Below are positions 1-12,501 of a DNA stretch of 64,000 bases, in pieces. The notes beneath the pieces are model-generated. The model was given only the letters and a program-made list of their open reading frames with translations, did no database searches and was not told the DNA's origin. The stretch spans positions 188,172,001 through 188,236,000 of the forward strand of contig NC_086097.1 of the NCBI RefSeq assembly GCF_963921235.1, read 5' to 3'. The stretch comes from Mobula hypostoma (Eukaryota). Position 1 is the first letter of the stretch. Every line of letters begins with the position of its first letter. Both the position numbers and the translations under genes were made by a program.

Positions 1-839
1 AAAGATTTAATTTGGAATAATGTTATGAAATTTTAGGTGGCCTCAAATTTATCATGATTGAAAGAAGTCTGGAGTAGTGGAGCATCTTTGAGATTAGAAG
101 TAGAATGGAACAGTCTAATAAAGAGGAAACAAAAACATAGATGGAAAATGTCAAGAGCATCAGTACATCATTCCAGGACACCATAATTCAGATTTAAGTA
201 GATCAGCTTAGTTACATATTCTAGTGGCTCAAATAGTCAGTGTTTTAATCTCATTTAGAATGCCATCAGTTTACGTACTAATGGCAGTTAACTCAAAAAA
301 ATAAACTTGCCTATAACTTAGGAAAGGCACAAACATTTGTGTGCTACAAATCAAAATTCTATTAAAAACAAAATACAAATGAAAATTGGCAACTTATAAT
401 GTGGTTCATAAAATACTTGATTGCAATTCCAACCTTCTCTGAGTAAAAAATATAATACACAAAAGATCCCAAATTTGCAAAGAACCATCTATCAAAATGC
501 AACACGTCGAGATATTACTTCTGAGATTTTTTTCAACCTCATTTAAACAGCCACACAAGTCCAAAGGCCATACCTACAAAAGCAGAGTGTCCACTTTAAG
601 TAAGTTCCAGGCAAGCTCTCAGAACACAAACTGGTGAATCCTCTTTAAGGTATTTATTTATTTTACTCTTTTGACCCTGTCTTCATCAATATAGTGGCAC
701 AATATTTCATTATCCAAGTCCAACAAACTCATAAAACACCGACTGAACAATCTCATCTACAAACCATCTAATCATACCACCATCTATCCACTGTGCAAAG
801 GAAAGATCTTCATCCATACAAGGGAAATCGAGTAGCACT

Positions 840-1787
840 CAATACCTTGAGAGCTATAGAATTTCCAAACAGTATTCTCATTACCAAAATGGTTGTTGGC
901 TGTTATCAATGACATTTGACATCTCAGCAGGAACCAAGGAACTTGATAGTTAATATAGTGTTTGAAGAAAGGCAAGCAGTGTTCTGTGGAAGCATACTTG
1001 TCTAGTTACCCAGATCAACATTCAGAAACATTCAAAATCATTCTGATAACTGCTATACTTTCCTATGAAGATCTTTAGCAGCGCACAAAATAGAATCAAT
1101 TCAATACTACTACATTGAATACCTGTTCTGTAGACCACTGATGTTGCATAATTTCCGCAAATTATCATAATCTATTCCTGAAAAATAGTTCATTCCTGAA
1201 AAGGAAAAAAAAAGCAAATATTAATTTTAAAATCATTCACAGTTTTGGTCCTAGTAAGATAATTTGCACAACACTGTAATTCTATTTTTGTATATTAACT
1301 ACAAATGTATTTTAAACGAAGTTCCAAAAGCAACAGAATATAATTTGTCTTTGAGTCACTGAAGTCAGTTTTAGTTCCTTCAGATCTTCTAGGAGTTAAT
1401 AAAATCGTCCAGTGATTGTTTTGGTTTGAATTCAGCAAATAACAAATGTCCTATGTCTATGATTCTAATACTTTGAGTGTGACAGAATTTGCAAACAGCA
1501 GTTCCCATGGCTAAAACAGCTGATGGCTGTTACCAGTAAAAATTTAACATGCTTCTGCAGGGAAATTTGATAGCTAACATAATGTTTGAAGATAGGCAAG
1601 CATTCCCCACCCCTCCCCCAGAATTGTCATTACATATCAATTTTAGGAAGGAAAGCTAAATGACTTAATTAATTATTCTTCAATGTAATTAGCCACACAA
1701 ACTTTCAGAATCATTCTGTTATACTTCCCTATGAGAATCTTTAAGCAGTTTACCAAGCTGAATCAAATCAATTCTACTGTTTTGAAT
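840..1787. repeat. Diverged local duplication (copies about 840-1120 and 1466-1787)
   Basis: Colinear shared blocks: ttgatagttaatatagtgtttgaagaaaggcaagca vs ttgatagctaacataatgtttgaagataggcaagca; aatcattctg...tatactttcctatgaagatcttta vs aatcattctgttatacttccctatgagaatcttta. Confidence 0.7.
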
Positions 1788-2206
1788 GGTAACAGTTTGG
1801 TGAATAAGTGATGCTGGTGTTATAAAATATTAGCCGTGCTTCAGCAGCAGAGGAGCTAATATTGCTATTTAAGTTTACTTTAAATTATGTCTTCTTGAAA
1901 CATTATCGCCCTTCTTGAGAAGCTATTCCCATAGTATTTTTCAGTAGGGATCTCCTGCATTTAGAGCAAGCAGCTATGAAGTTCTAGCAATTTATTTCCA
2001 AATTAGTATGGCATGCAACTTAAATGGAAAGTTGCAGGTGACGGTGTAAAATTCAGCTATTGCCCCACTTGGTTAATAAAAAGGTTGAGCGTTTTAAAGG
2101 TACTTGTAGATTAGTTTGCCCAAGTGATTGTAGCCTGCCTTGTAGATGAAACATGCTGCAATCATAATGTACCGGTGGTGGAAAATGAATGTATTAACTC
2201 AAGAAA

Positions 2207-2320
2207 CATACATCAAAGTTGCTGGTGAACGCAGCAGGCCAGGCAGCATCTGCTGCGTTCACCAGCAACTTTGATGTATGTTGCTTGAATTTCCAGCATC
2301 TGCAGAATTCCTGTTGTTTG
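2207..2320. mobile_element. 114-bp fold-back insertion made of Penelope-like terminal-repeat sequence
   Basis: 17-bp TSD tgtattaactcaagaaa (2190-2206 / 2321-2337); perfect inverted arms 2205-2237 / 2250-2282; same sequence as the PLE ends at 45618 and 50540. Confidence 0.85.
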
Positions 2321-2479
2321 TGTATTAACTCAAGAAATATTTAAGTTGTGTTTTAAGGCGTTCTCTTGAATTTAATGCCTAAGCTACTAAACCGCTGTGA
2401 GACATTGCGCTAGCTCAGAACGTGAGCCATTAAGTACATCATTCTATGTTAAGCTGAAAACTGTCACAGTTAGTGCTCC

Positions 2480-2790
2480 TCTCTAGCCGCTGCCTCACGC
2501 CTGAACATGAAATCTAAGGGCAACATTGCCAGCACGCCCTACCTCAGGGAACGGGCAATGCGTGCCATCAGCCTCAGGCTGGTTATCACCCCAGCTCCGA
2601 CACTAACACTATCAGCGTTCTTACCGGGAGTCAGAGCCAACCGGCTCGTACTACTACCGCAAGCACCCGAACCAGCTCTTCCCTTCCATCTAACTGCGGG
2701 CCCCGGTTGCTGCCGGTCTCCACAGCAACGGCACCGCGTCGGGTACGTAACGCAACCAAGTCTCGCGGGCAGTCGAACGTCTTCCATAAG
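2480..2790 (-). promoter_or_regulatory. CpG/GC-rich promoter-like island, probable first exon of an unidentified divergent gene
   Basis: CpG-dense, apparently non-repeat stretch in an AT-rich background. X-box-like GTCTCCACAGCAAC 2716-2729; TCTCGCGGG 2761-2769; - strand donors CCG|gtaaga (2624) and GAG|gtaggg (about 2543), the latter after ATGGCACGCATTGCCCGTTCCCTGAG (MARIARSL). Confidence 0.5.
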
Positions 2791-3214
2791 TCAAGGTTCT
2801 AAACCAAGGTTTAGGTAGGACAATTTGATCTTCAGTAACACTGGGGTTACCCAAGCATATGCAGGCACATGTATATATTGCTAGGGTGCCTAAGGCTTGC
2901 ACAGTACTGTATTTGTCAAAGTAGAGCGAACAGTTAATTTGTAAATCCGACGGGAAGTTGGGAATGGCGAGGGATGTGTGACTGGTGACAGAGAAATTGT
3001 GCAGGCATACCTAGCCCTGAGTCACCAAGCAAGGTCACCAAGTATGACTATGACTATGTATCCCGCACTCTCCCCTCTCCCTTCCTCAACCATGATTCCC
3101 TTCTCTTTGCCCTCTTCCCACAATAGAGACCAGTATCAGAATCAGGTTTATCATCACTCACATATGCCATGATATTTTTGCAGGAGCAGTATAGCGCAAT
3201 ACATAAAATTACTA

Positions 3215-3307
3215 CAGTATTATGCAGAATTCTTAGGTATCCTAGATATAGGTAGGTGTGCGTGTGTGCGCGCGCGCACGTACGCTTAAGACTTTTGCAC
3301 AGTATCG
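3215..3307. mobile_element. Tiny Tc1/mariner-type MITE; related partial copy about 2863-2910
   Basis: TA-flanked imperfect TIRs CAGTATTATGCAGAATTCTTAGG ... CTTAAGACTTTTGCACAGTATCG; same family as 13734-13799. Confidence 0.6.
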
Positions 3308-3730
3308 TATATTATAACTTAAGGTTTGCTTTATCATTCCAACTTGTCACTTATTATATTAAGCCACAAAGCTCACATCTTGGGACAAATACTACATACT
3401 ACATCAAGTATGGGATGAATTCTCAGATTCACTGCACAGGTTTATAGTCTTTGAATTGTAAACGCGAAGCTCAGTTTCTTCATGGGTTGTGACTTCTGGT
3501 GTCTCAGAACACCTTATTTTATATGAAGCCTCCAGTTTTCTGAAGGTTTTCTTCGTTCTTAGCCCAACTCAGAACTCTCATGATTCTGGAATTACTCATT
3601 GTCGCTCATCCAAGAGCTGAGAAAGCAAAACACGCCTTCTTTCCTTTTCAAGTTATAGTTCTTAATTGATAAAATAATGCATATTTGTACTTTTCTTGTG
3701 ATTTCCAGGCACACTTACTTTGTTTCTACG

Positions 3731-3797
3731 TGGGTCGCCACGGTTGCGGCAGTTAGCATGACACTATATAACTCGCGACGTCGGAGTTCAATTCCGC
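3731..3797 (+). mobile_element. tRNA-derived SINE head fragment
   Basis: B-box GGAGTTCAATTCC; resembles the head of the V-SINE at 59417. Confidence 0.5.
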
Positions 3798-4129
3798 AGG
3801 TCAGATCACATTATTGGAGTATTAACGTATTATCCTTTATAGTAGTAAACTATCACAAATCACCTCATACAAGAACTGTGAAAAAAGAGAAAAAAATGGC
3901 ATCAAGGCCAATTAAGGAGATGCTGGTGCAACAGACTAAAAGTGTGATCATAAACCTAGTCGCTAATGTAGTAGAAGAATTATATAGTATTGATTGCTTT
4001 AAATAATAAACTGCATCAAGCCTGTGCTGCTTTAAATTTGGTAATATATGTGCTAACACGACACTAGCCAGTGTAAGATGTGCTCTAAAGTTGTGCCCGT
4101 CTCTGTGGAAAAAGCAATATCAGACTCTG

Positions 4130-5489
4130 ATACAGTCTGAAGTTCCCAACTTCAAAAGGGCAACAACTATACCAGAATCCAAGAAGACAAGGGTGAGCTG
4201 CCTTAATTACTGTTGTCCAGTAGCACTTAAATCCACAGTGATGACGTGCTTTGAGAGGTTGGTTATGGTTAGCCCTGTCTTAGCAAGGACTTGGGCTCTC
4301 TGCAATTTGTATGTCGCCATATTGTCTATGATAGACTCCATTTTTAGCCTTGGATCACCTGGATAATATAATGTTAGGATGATGTTTGTTGACTGCAGCT
4401 CAGAATTTAACAGTCATTCCCACAGTTCTGATTAAAAAACTCCAGTCCCTGGTCCTCTGTATTTCCTTCTGTAACTTTATCCTCAACTTCCTAACCTGTA
4501 GGCCACAATCTCTGCCGAACGGAAACAACATCTCCACCTCGCTGGCAATCAACACTGGCACACTTCAGCCCACCGCTCTACTCTCTCTACACCCATGACT
4601 CTGTGGTTAGACACAGCTCAAAAGGCATCTGTAAATTTGCTGATGATACAACCATTGTTGGCAGAACTTCAGATGGTGATGAGAGGACGTACAGCAGTGA
4701 GATATACCAGCTAGTTGAGTGGTCTCACAGCAACAACTTTGCATTCAGTGACTGTAAAACCCAAGAACTGATCACAGACTTCTGAATGGGTAAAGCAAGG
4801 GAACACACAATAGTCCTCATCAAGGGATCAGATGTGGAAAGCGTGAGTAATTTCAAGTTCCTGGGTGTCAACATTTCTAAGGATCTATCCTCGGCCCAAC
4901 AAATTGATGTAATTACAAAGGCGGCATAACTGTGACTATATTGAATTAGGGGTTTAAGGAAAATTGGTATGTCACTAAAAACACAATTTTTTTTTCTTCA
5001 GATGTACTGTAGAGAGCTTTATAACCAGCTGCATCACCATCTGGTATTGGGGGGGTGGGGGAACTACTGCACAGGATCGAAGTAAGCTGCAAAGGGTTGT
5101 AAACTTAGTCAACTCCATTGTGAGCACTAGCCTCCGTAGTATCCAGAACATCTTCAAGCAGTGATACCTCAAAAAGGCAGTGTTCATCATCAAGGTCCTC
5201 ACCACCCAGGTCATACCTTCTCCTCATTGCCATCATCAGGAAAGAAGTACAGAAGCTTGAAGACACACACTCGACAATTCAGGAAAAGCTTCTTCCCATC
5301 TGCCATCACACTTCTGAATGGACATTGAACACATGAACACTACCTCACTACTTTTTTTGCACTACTTATTTAATTTAACAATTTAATAGACATGTGATTA
5401 CTGTAACTCATTTTTCTCTATTGTTATGTATTGCTCCCAAAAGTCAACAAACTTCATGACATATACCGATGATATTAATTCTGATTCTG
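4130..5489 (+). mobile_element. Decayed 5'-truncated Rex1/Babar-like (L2-group) LINE
   Basis: Frameshifted RT remnants PVALKSTVMTCFERLV and KFADDTTIVG; (ATTCTG)n tail at about 5478-5489. Confidence 0.8.
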
Positions 5490-5676
5490 TAGTCCTGACT
5501 CTATAGATTTTTGTTTCCTGAGTTGAGGATGCAATTAAGACTCAATTATATTCGTATTTCTAGATTCATAAATAGGTTAATCTAGATAAAGGTGAGTGAT
5601 TTCCTTTCCTGAAGAGATTAGTGAACTAGTTAGCTTGTTGCAAAAAGCTGCTAATTATATGGATATATTACGATTG

Positions 5677-6962
5677 GAAACATAGAAAACATAGCACAAT
5701 ACAGGTCCATCGGCCCACAAAGCTGTGCTGAACATGTCCCTACCTTAGACCTATCTAGGCTTTACTCATAGGCCTCTATTTTTCTAAGCTCCATATAGCC
5801 ATCTAGGAGTCTCTTAAAAGACCCTACCATTTCCGCCTCCACCACTACTGCCGGCAGCCCATTCCATGTACTCACCACTCTCTGCGTAAAAAACTTACCC
5901 CTGACATCTCCTCTGTACCTACTTCCAAGCACCTTAAAACTATGCCCTCTCATACTAGCCATTTCAGCCCTGGGGAAAAGCCTCTGACTATCCACACGAT
6001 TAATGCCTCTCATTATCTTGCACACCTCTATCAGGTCACCTCTCATTCTCTGTCGCTCCAAGGAGAAAAGGCCAAGTTCACTCAACCTATTCTCATAAGG
6101 CATGCTCCCCAATCCAGGCAACATCCTTGTAAATCTCCTCTGCACCAGTGCTATGGTTTCCACGTCCTTCCGGTAGTGAGGCGACCAGAATTGAGCACAG
6201 TAGTCCAAGTGGGGCCTGACCAGGGTCCTATATAGCTGCAACATTACCTCTCGCCTCTTAAACTCAATTCTACGATTGATGAAGGCCAATGCACCATATG
6301 CCTTCTTAACCACAGAGTCAACCTGCGTAGCGGCTTTGAGTGTCTTATGGACTCGGACCCCAAGATCCCTTTGATCCTTCACACTGCCAGAAGTCTTGCC
6401 ATTAATACTATATTCTGCCATTATATTTCACCTACCAAAATGAACCACCTCACACTTATCTGGGTTGAACTCCATCTGCCATTTCTCAGCCCAGTTTTGT
6501 ATCCTATCAATATTCTGTTGTAACCTCTGACGGCCCTCCACACTATCCACAACACCCCCAACCTTTGTGTCATCATCAAATTTACTAACCCATCCCTCCA
6601 CTTCCTTATCCAGGTCATTTATAAAAATCACAAAGAGTAGGGGTCCCAGAACAGATCCCTGAGGCACACCACTGGTCACCAGCCTCCATGCAGAATATGA
6701 CCCATCTACAACCACTCTTTGCCTTCTGTGGGCAAGCCAGTTCTGGATCCACAAAGCAACATCCCCTTGGATCCTATGCCCCCTTACTTTCTTAATAACC
6801 CTTGCATGGGGTACCTTATGAAATACCTTATTAAAATCCATATACACTACATCTACTACTCTACCTTCAGCAATGTGTTTAGTTATATCCTCAAAAAAAT
6901 TCAGTCAGGCTTGTAAGGCACAACCTGCCTTTGACAAATCTATGCTGACTATTCCTAATTAT
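5677..6962 (-). mobile_element. 5'-truncated CR1 LINE inserted in an old tRNA-SINE remnant (about 5580-5676 and 6963-7088)
   Basis: YMDFNKVFHKVPH, SGVPQGSVLGPLLF, KFDDDTKVGG, LYRTLVRPHLDYCAQFWSPH; (CTATGTTT)-type tail. Same family as 59723-61410. Confidence 0.92.
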
Positions 6963-7759
6963 GACAACTATTTTTAATTCTATATCAATTGAACTTAATT
7001 CCCCATTTACTATAGTGGGATTTGCATTCCTACCTCTGGATCAATGGCCCTAAATTCTGGTTGCTAGTTTAATTTAACCATTCTGCTAAATAGTCAAGAT
7101 TTTCAAACAATAACTTTTCTCAAGACTGAAAACAATTGAAGAAAGAATTAACATTTATTTTAAGCTGACTTTGAAATCAAGTTATGATTGGATCTCATTG
7201 AGCACAGTTGGAAAGAATTGGACCACAGAGAACAATCTGATGCTTTCTCACAGAGTGATCAGTTTGAGCAGATAATGGATGATTTAAAGTACTTGATCAG
7301 CAGGGATCAAATTATAGAATCAGGACTGCACTCTGGGGAAATGAGTACTATCTGAGACAGAGTTCTCCCTAGAAAAGTACATACAAACCTTCAAAGCAAA
7401 CCAAAACAAGCCTTGAAATATTGAATGGCTAACAGTTGTAAGCATGTAATGAAGCACAAGACAAAAGGGGAAATAAGAAAAAAATATAAGCAAAGTCAAT
7501 TGGAAGATCATTCTACCAAAATGTGTGCAATGATGAAGATACCATAACTCCATAGAGAAAGCAAAATGGGATGTGCTGAGGCTGGATGCAGCATAACAGT
7601 TGAAAAGTTTTACTTAATTAAATATTGTTGTTGTTGTTTTGAACTAATTTTTAAAAGAAAAACTGAGACATGGAAGAACACATTCAAAAATGAAAAAGAA
7701 GTAGAGACTTGATATTCATGTTCTTCCGTGTGGTGATTATTCTGGCCCTATAATTGCAT

Positions 7760-8190
7760 ATCTTTTTGGATAGTTGCCCCTCTATATCCATTACTTAAAA
7801 TGAGAGCATTCTGACCACTTATATACAATTAATAATTTGGAAGAGAGGACCAAGTATAATGTACCTAGATTTAATGATGACACTAAATTGAATGGAAAAG
7901 CAAATTGCACAGGTGATGCAGAGACTCTGTACAGAGAGATATAGATAGGGTCAGTGAGTAAGAAAGGGTGTGCCAGATGGGCTACAATGTTGATAAATGT
8001 GAAGTCACAATTTGGAAGAAAAAATGAAAGATCAGGTAATTTAAGTGGTGCAAGATTACAGTATGCTGTTGGGCAAGAGGGACTTGAAAACACTTGTGCA
8101 TGAATCGCAAGAAGTTGGTTTGCAAATGCAACAGAGTATCAAGAAGGCAAATGGAATGTTAGCCTTCATTGTGAGATACATTGAATGTAT
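7760..8190 (+). mobile_element. Old CR1 RT fragment
   Basis: Decayed RFNDDTKLNG and IKKANGMLAFI motifs. Confidence 0.65.
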
Positions 8191-8194
8191 GAGT

Positions 8195-8722
8195 AACATA
8201 CACAAAATGCTGCAAGTCACCTGGTCATGCAGCCTCTATGGAGAGAAATAAATAACATTTCAGGCCGAGACACTTGATCAGGATTGAAAAGGAATGAGGA
8301 AGAAGGAATAAGGAGGTGAGGGCAAGAGACATAGTACAATCAGTCAGATGACAGGTAAAACCAGGTGAAGGGGGAAGGCAGGTGTGTGGGAGGGGGGATG
8401 AAGCGAGAAGCTGGGAGGTGATAGGTGGAAAAGTAAAGGGTGAAGAAGGAAGTATCTAATAGGAAAGAGGAGTGGACCATGGCAGCAATGGAAGGAGGAG
8501 AGACACCTGAGGGAGATGATAGGCAGGTGAGGAGAAGAAAAAGGGGAGCCGGAAATTGGGAATGGAAAAGAGAGAATGGGGAGGGTGGAGAAATCACCAG
8601 AAGTTAGAGAAATCGACGTTCAGGCCATCAGGTTACAGGCTACCCGACAAAATATGAAGTGTTGTTCCTTCAACCTGTAGGTGGTCTCATCTTTGCAATA
8701 GATGAGAATGTTGGAATGGAAA
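8195..8722 (-). mobile_element. Penelope-like element 3' fragment
   Basis: Terminal-repeat sequence acacaaaatgctg..., decayed hammerhead about 8255-8285, purine-rich tract, and GIY-YIG C-terminal remnant homologous to 46060-46200. Confidence 0.75.
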
Positions 8723-8724
8723 GT

Positions 8725-9522
8725 TTTCAAAGGTATAAAAGGTACAATTTAATGTCAGAGAAACGTATACAATATACATGCTGAATTGCTTTTTCTTCAC
8801 AACCATCCATGAAAACAGAGGAGTGCCCCAAAGAATGAATGACAGTCAAATGTTAGAACCCCAAAGTGCCCCCAGCTCCCCTCCCTCCCACGTGTAAGCG
8901 GCAGCAAAGCCACCATACCCCCCTCCCCCCACTGGCAAAAGAAAAGCATCAGCACCCGTCAGCGAGCACTGAAGCGTGAGCAAAGCAACAGTAAAGGCAC
9001 AGACTTGCAGTTACCCCAAAGACTATATTGTTCACCTGGCATTCTACATACCATAGGCTCTCTCTCTCCCCAATAAGGGAGAAAGAGATGTCTCTGTTTT
9101 CATAGCGAGTGGGGAGACATAACAAACAACTCGCTGGTTTATGATGTTAAAAGTCCACCATGTTGCTTTTCTTTTGAGCTCTGTGCCCAAAGATCATGAA
9201 TCTCTGGGCATACAGCCGCAGATATTCCAACTGCCCGACGACTCACAGGTCTCCTCAGCCCTCAATCGGCCCACTCCAGAGGCCCGAAAGCCATCTACCA
9301 AAGCCAAGCTAAATACTTAAGCTTAGCCCTTGGTGTGCCGTACAACAGCCAGTCCTGAAACCCCGAGAGTAGGTCCCATTCCCACAAAGAACCGTAGTCA
9401 GCATGTAACTCCAGGTCAGGATTTCAAAAGAACCCTGAAAGGGAAAAATAAAGATGTTAAAGATGGAAATAGAGCTGTTTCCAAAGATGCAAGCAAAGGA
9501 GCCGGTGTTTAGCGCCATCATC
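8725..9522 (-). mobile_element. Non-coding LINE-dependent retroposon (Rex/L2-type tail)
   Basis: - strand begins GATGGCG and ends in a short tandem tail (ttcaaaggtataaaaggta on +), similar to tails at 18257 and 29790; no ORF. Confidence 0.45.
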
Positions 9523-11314
9523 ACTCCGCTCCGCCTTCTTGAATGGGACGTAGCATTAAAATTGTTGGCCACCGGGAAATTCTACCAATTCAATTCGATT
9601 TGATTCATTATTCGGGGGTCAAAGTGCAAAACAGTACCAACAGTCACGCACGGCACGAAGCATACATAGCACATACAAGATAGCAAGCACATGAAGGAAA
9701 TCAGCCACACAAAGAAAGTGCAGGCCCTGAATCCCTGTATGCCATGTGTTGCAAACTGAGCAAAGCGCCCAACAAAGCAATTCCCCAATTTGTGTTGAGT
9801 CTCACTGAAGTTGAGAAGTTATGAGGGAATATGTCGCCTTATGGATAAAAATATTAAACAATAGGATCTCCAATGTTTTATTATAACATTATTAGCCTAT
9901 TTCTTCTCTTATTCAGTCTATGAAGGGGGACCTGCTATTCAGTTAGATTTTTGCATTTTTGAATGTCAATTCCAGTACCTATTATAGGTTCCTAATACAA
10001 TATGCAAAATATGAATTATTTTCCTATCCAGGAGTGCAGATAGGAATTTAAACGTTACATTTTTAAGGGTTAATTACTCATGCATTATTAATAAATGCAC
10101 ATACAGGAATCTTTAATATGCATCATAATTATTAGATAGTCTTTTCTGAGCATGAATCTCAAACTTCTTCATATCCTCCTATTTTCGTGGAACTGCTCAT
10201 AAATACATATTAAAAATACTTTCCTTAAATGTTGTCCAGGTTGAAGCATATGTGTAGTGTTAAAGGGATACTTCATTGTCAGAGAATTGAGACTTCACAA
10301 GCTCTGTTAAATGATATGCTTTTAAATGGAAAACAAATCAATTTTCCAGAATAGAAGTGCTTCCTCTCAATCACAATTATCCATTCATCCACCCCGTTGT
10401 TAACCTCACATCTCCTTTCCTAGAGCATGGCTTTGTGTTGTTGCAAGAATACTTCAACTAAATTTATGTCCCTTGGCCATGTAAACATACTAATTCAATT
10501 TTTTGTGCAGCAAATAATGCTACTGTTCCCCAACTGATACTAAGAAAAAGGTGATTAACTTGCAATTAAACACATTGTTGTTTAGAGTATAAATTACAAT
10601 AAATTAATGCTGAGAATAGAACTAACTCTTTCAGTTGAAAGCCAATTGCTATTAGGCTACATTTGATGCTAGTTTCCCAGTAAGCTTGTTATTGTGCAGG
10701 AATACTCAGAAATGAAAAAAAAATACTGAAATAATCAGAATCTCAGTATTAAAGAAGCTCTATGTGTTGCATAATGAAATATTTATCAAGGATTAACATT
10801 TCCAAAGGTATTGTAAATTATATCTTCTTAAAAAGCTTTTCCTCTTTAAGTATGGTGAAATGCAATTTAAATTGCTATTTATTAGAAATTGCACAGACAT
10901 CCTTGACTTGCATAGGTTTCAGTGACACTGGATCCTGTGCAGACTTCACTAGCAATACACTAACTTAGTTAATTTATCTCTATGTTAAATCATGCAACTA
11001 AGTTAAAATCTTGGAATTCAGTTTTTCATGTGCAATGTTCTTTTGTGTCACTTATCAGTGCTTTCCATTTTGTGTCAAATATAACCAAAAATATTGTTTT
11101 TTACTGATTTAAAATCAACCTATGATCTGAAATCATCTGTTCCAAATGGCTGATTAATCAATAAAACCTTTTGTTACACATTTTATCACAAAGTGTCTAT
11201 GGGGTTTTGCACTGGAACTAGGGAAATTAAGAATGCACCATGTTGTTTAGAGTTCCATTGGAAACCAGTATAGGAAAGTGTAAATCAGAGTCTGAATCAG
11301 ATTTATCATCACTG

Positions 11315-11759
11315 AAGTACCTCCTGTACCTAATGAAGGGGCCACCAATGTATGTCCGTGGTCTTCTGTTGCTGTAGACCATCCACCTTCCTGTCAGCTT
11401 GAACCAATCTGGCCATTCTCCTCTGATCTCTCTCATTCACAAGGCATTGTCACCCACAAGACTCTCATTCACTGGATGTTATTTGTTTCTTTGTAAACTC
11501 TGGAGACTGTTGTACATGAAAGTCATAGGAGATCAGCAGCTTCTGAGATACTCAAACAACCCCATCTGGCACCAACAATCATTCCATGGTAAGAGTCTGT
11601 TAGATCACTTTTCGTTCTCTTTCTGATGTTTGGTCTGAACAATAACTGAACCTCTAGACCGTATCTGCATGCTTTTATGCATTGAATTGCTGCCACATGA
11701 TTGGCTGATTAGATATTTGCATTAACAAGTAGGTGTACCAGTAAAGTGACCACTGAATG
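11315..11759. mobile_element. Tc1-derived non-autonomous DNA element
   Basis: TIR-like block TGTACC(T/A)(A/G)..AAG.G.CCAC present twice (about 11325 and 11735); the right end is followed by TA. Confidence 0.55.
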
Positions 11760-12501
11760 TATATTGTGATATTTGTTGTTTTGTGGCAGCAGTACAGTGT
11801 AAGACATTACAATTACTCTAAGTTACATAAATAAATAGTGTAAAAGAGTAGTGTTTAGTGTTCATAGACTATTCAGAGCTCTGATGCCAGAGGTGAAAAA
11901 GATGTTCCAAAAACTTTAAGTGTGGTCTTCAGTCCCTTGTACCTCTCCCCTGATGTTAGCAATGAGAATACTGGCTAGTGAGGCTCCTTAATGATGGATA
12001 CCACCTTCCTGAGGCCCACCTCCGAAAGATGTCCTCCATGGTGGGAAAATTTGTGCACATGATAGAGCTAGTTGAGTCTAAAACCGTCTGCAACCTCTTA
12101 CGATCATGATATGTGTACTCCCAAATTCACGTTTCTGAAGTCCGCAAGCAGTTCCTTGGTCTTGCTGATGTTGAGTGCAAGGTTGTTGTTGTGACAGCAC
12201 TCAAGCAGCTGATCTATCTCATTCTTGTACACCTCCTTGTCTCCATCTGAGATTCTGCCAACAACAGTGGAGTTATTAGTGAATTTGAGTTATGCCTAGC
12301 CACAGAGTTATGAATATAGAGAGAGTAAAACAGTGGGCTAAGCGGAGTTACGAATGTAGGGAGAGTAGAACAATGGGCTAAGCATGCACCCTTGAGGTGC
12401 ACCTGTGTGAATTATTAACAAAGAGGAGATTTTAACATTTTGTAACTCCAAAACATAAAACTAATTCAAAGCAAAAAGACAGAGGTGGGAATAATATACA
12501 G

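Noticed and set aside
2507..2818. 103-aa (+) and 82-aa (-) ORFs over the CpG island
   Set aside because: Expected by-product of high GC; no recognisable domain.
3256..3285. Alternating purine-pyrimidine tract (Z-DNA-prone)
   Set aside because: A short microsatellite inside a MITE; no evidence of function.
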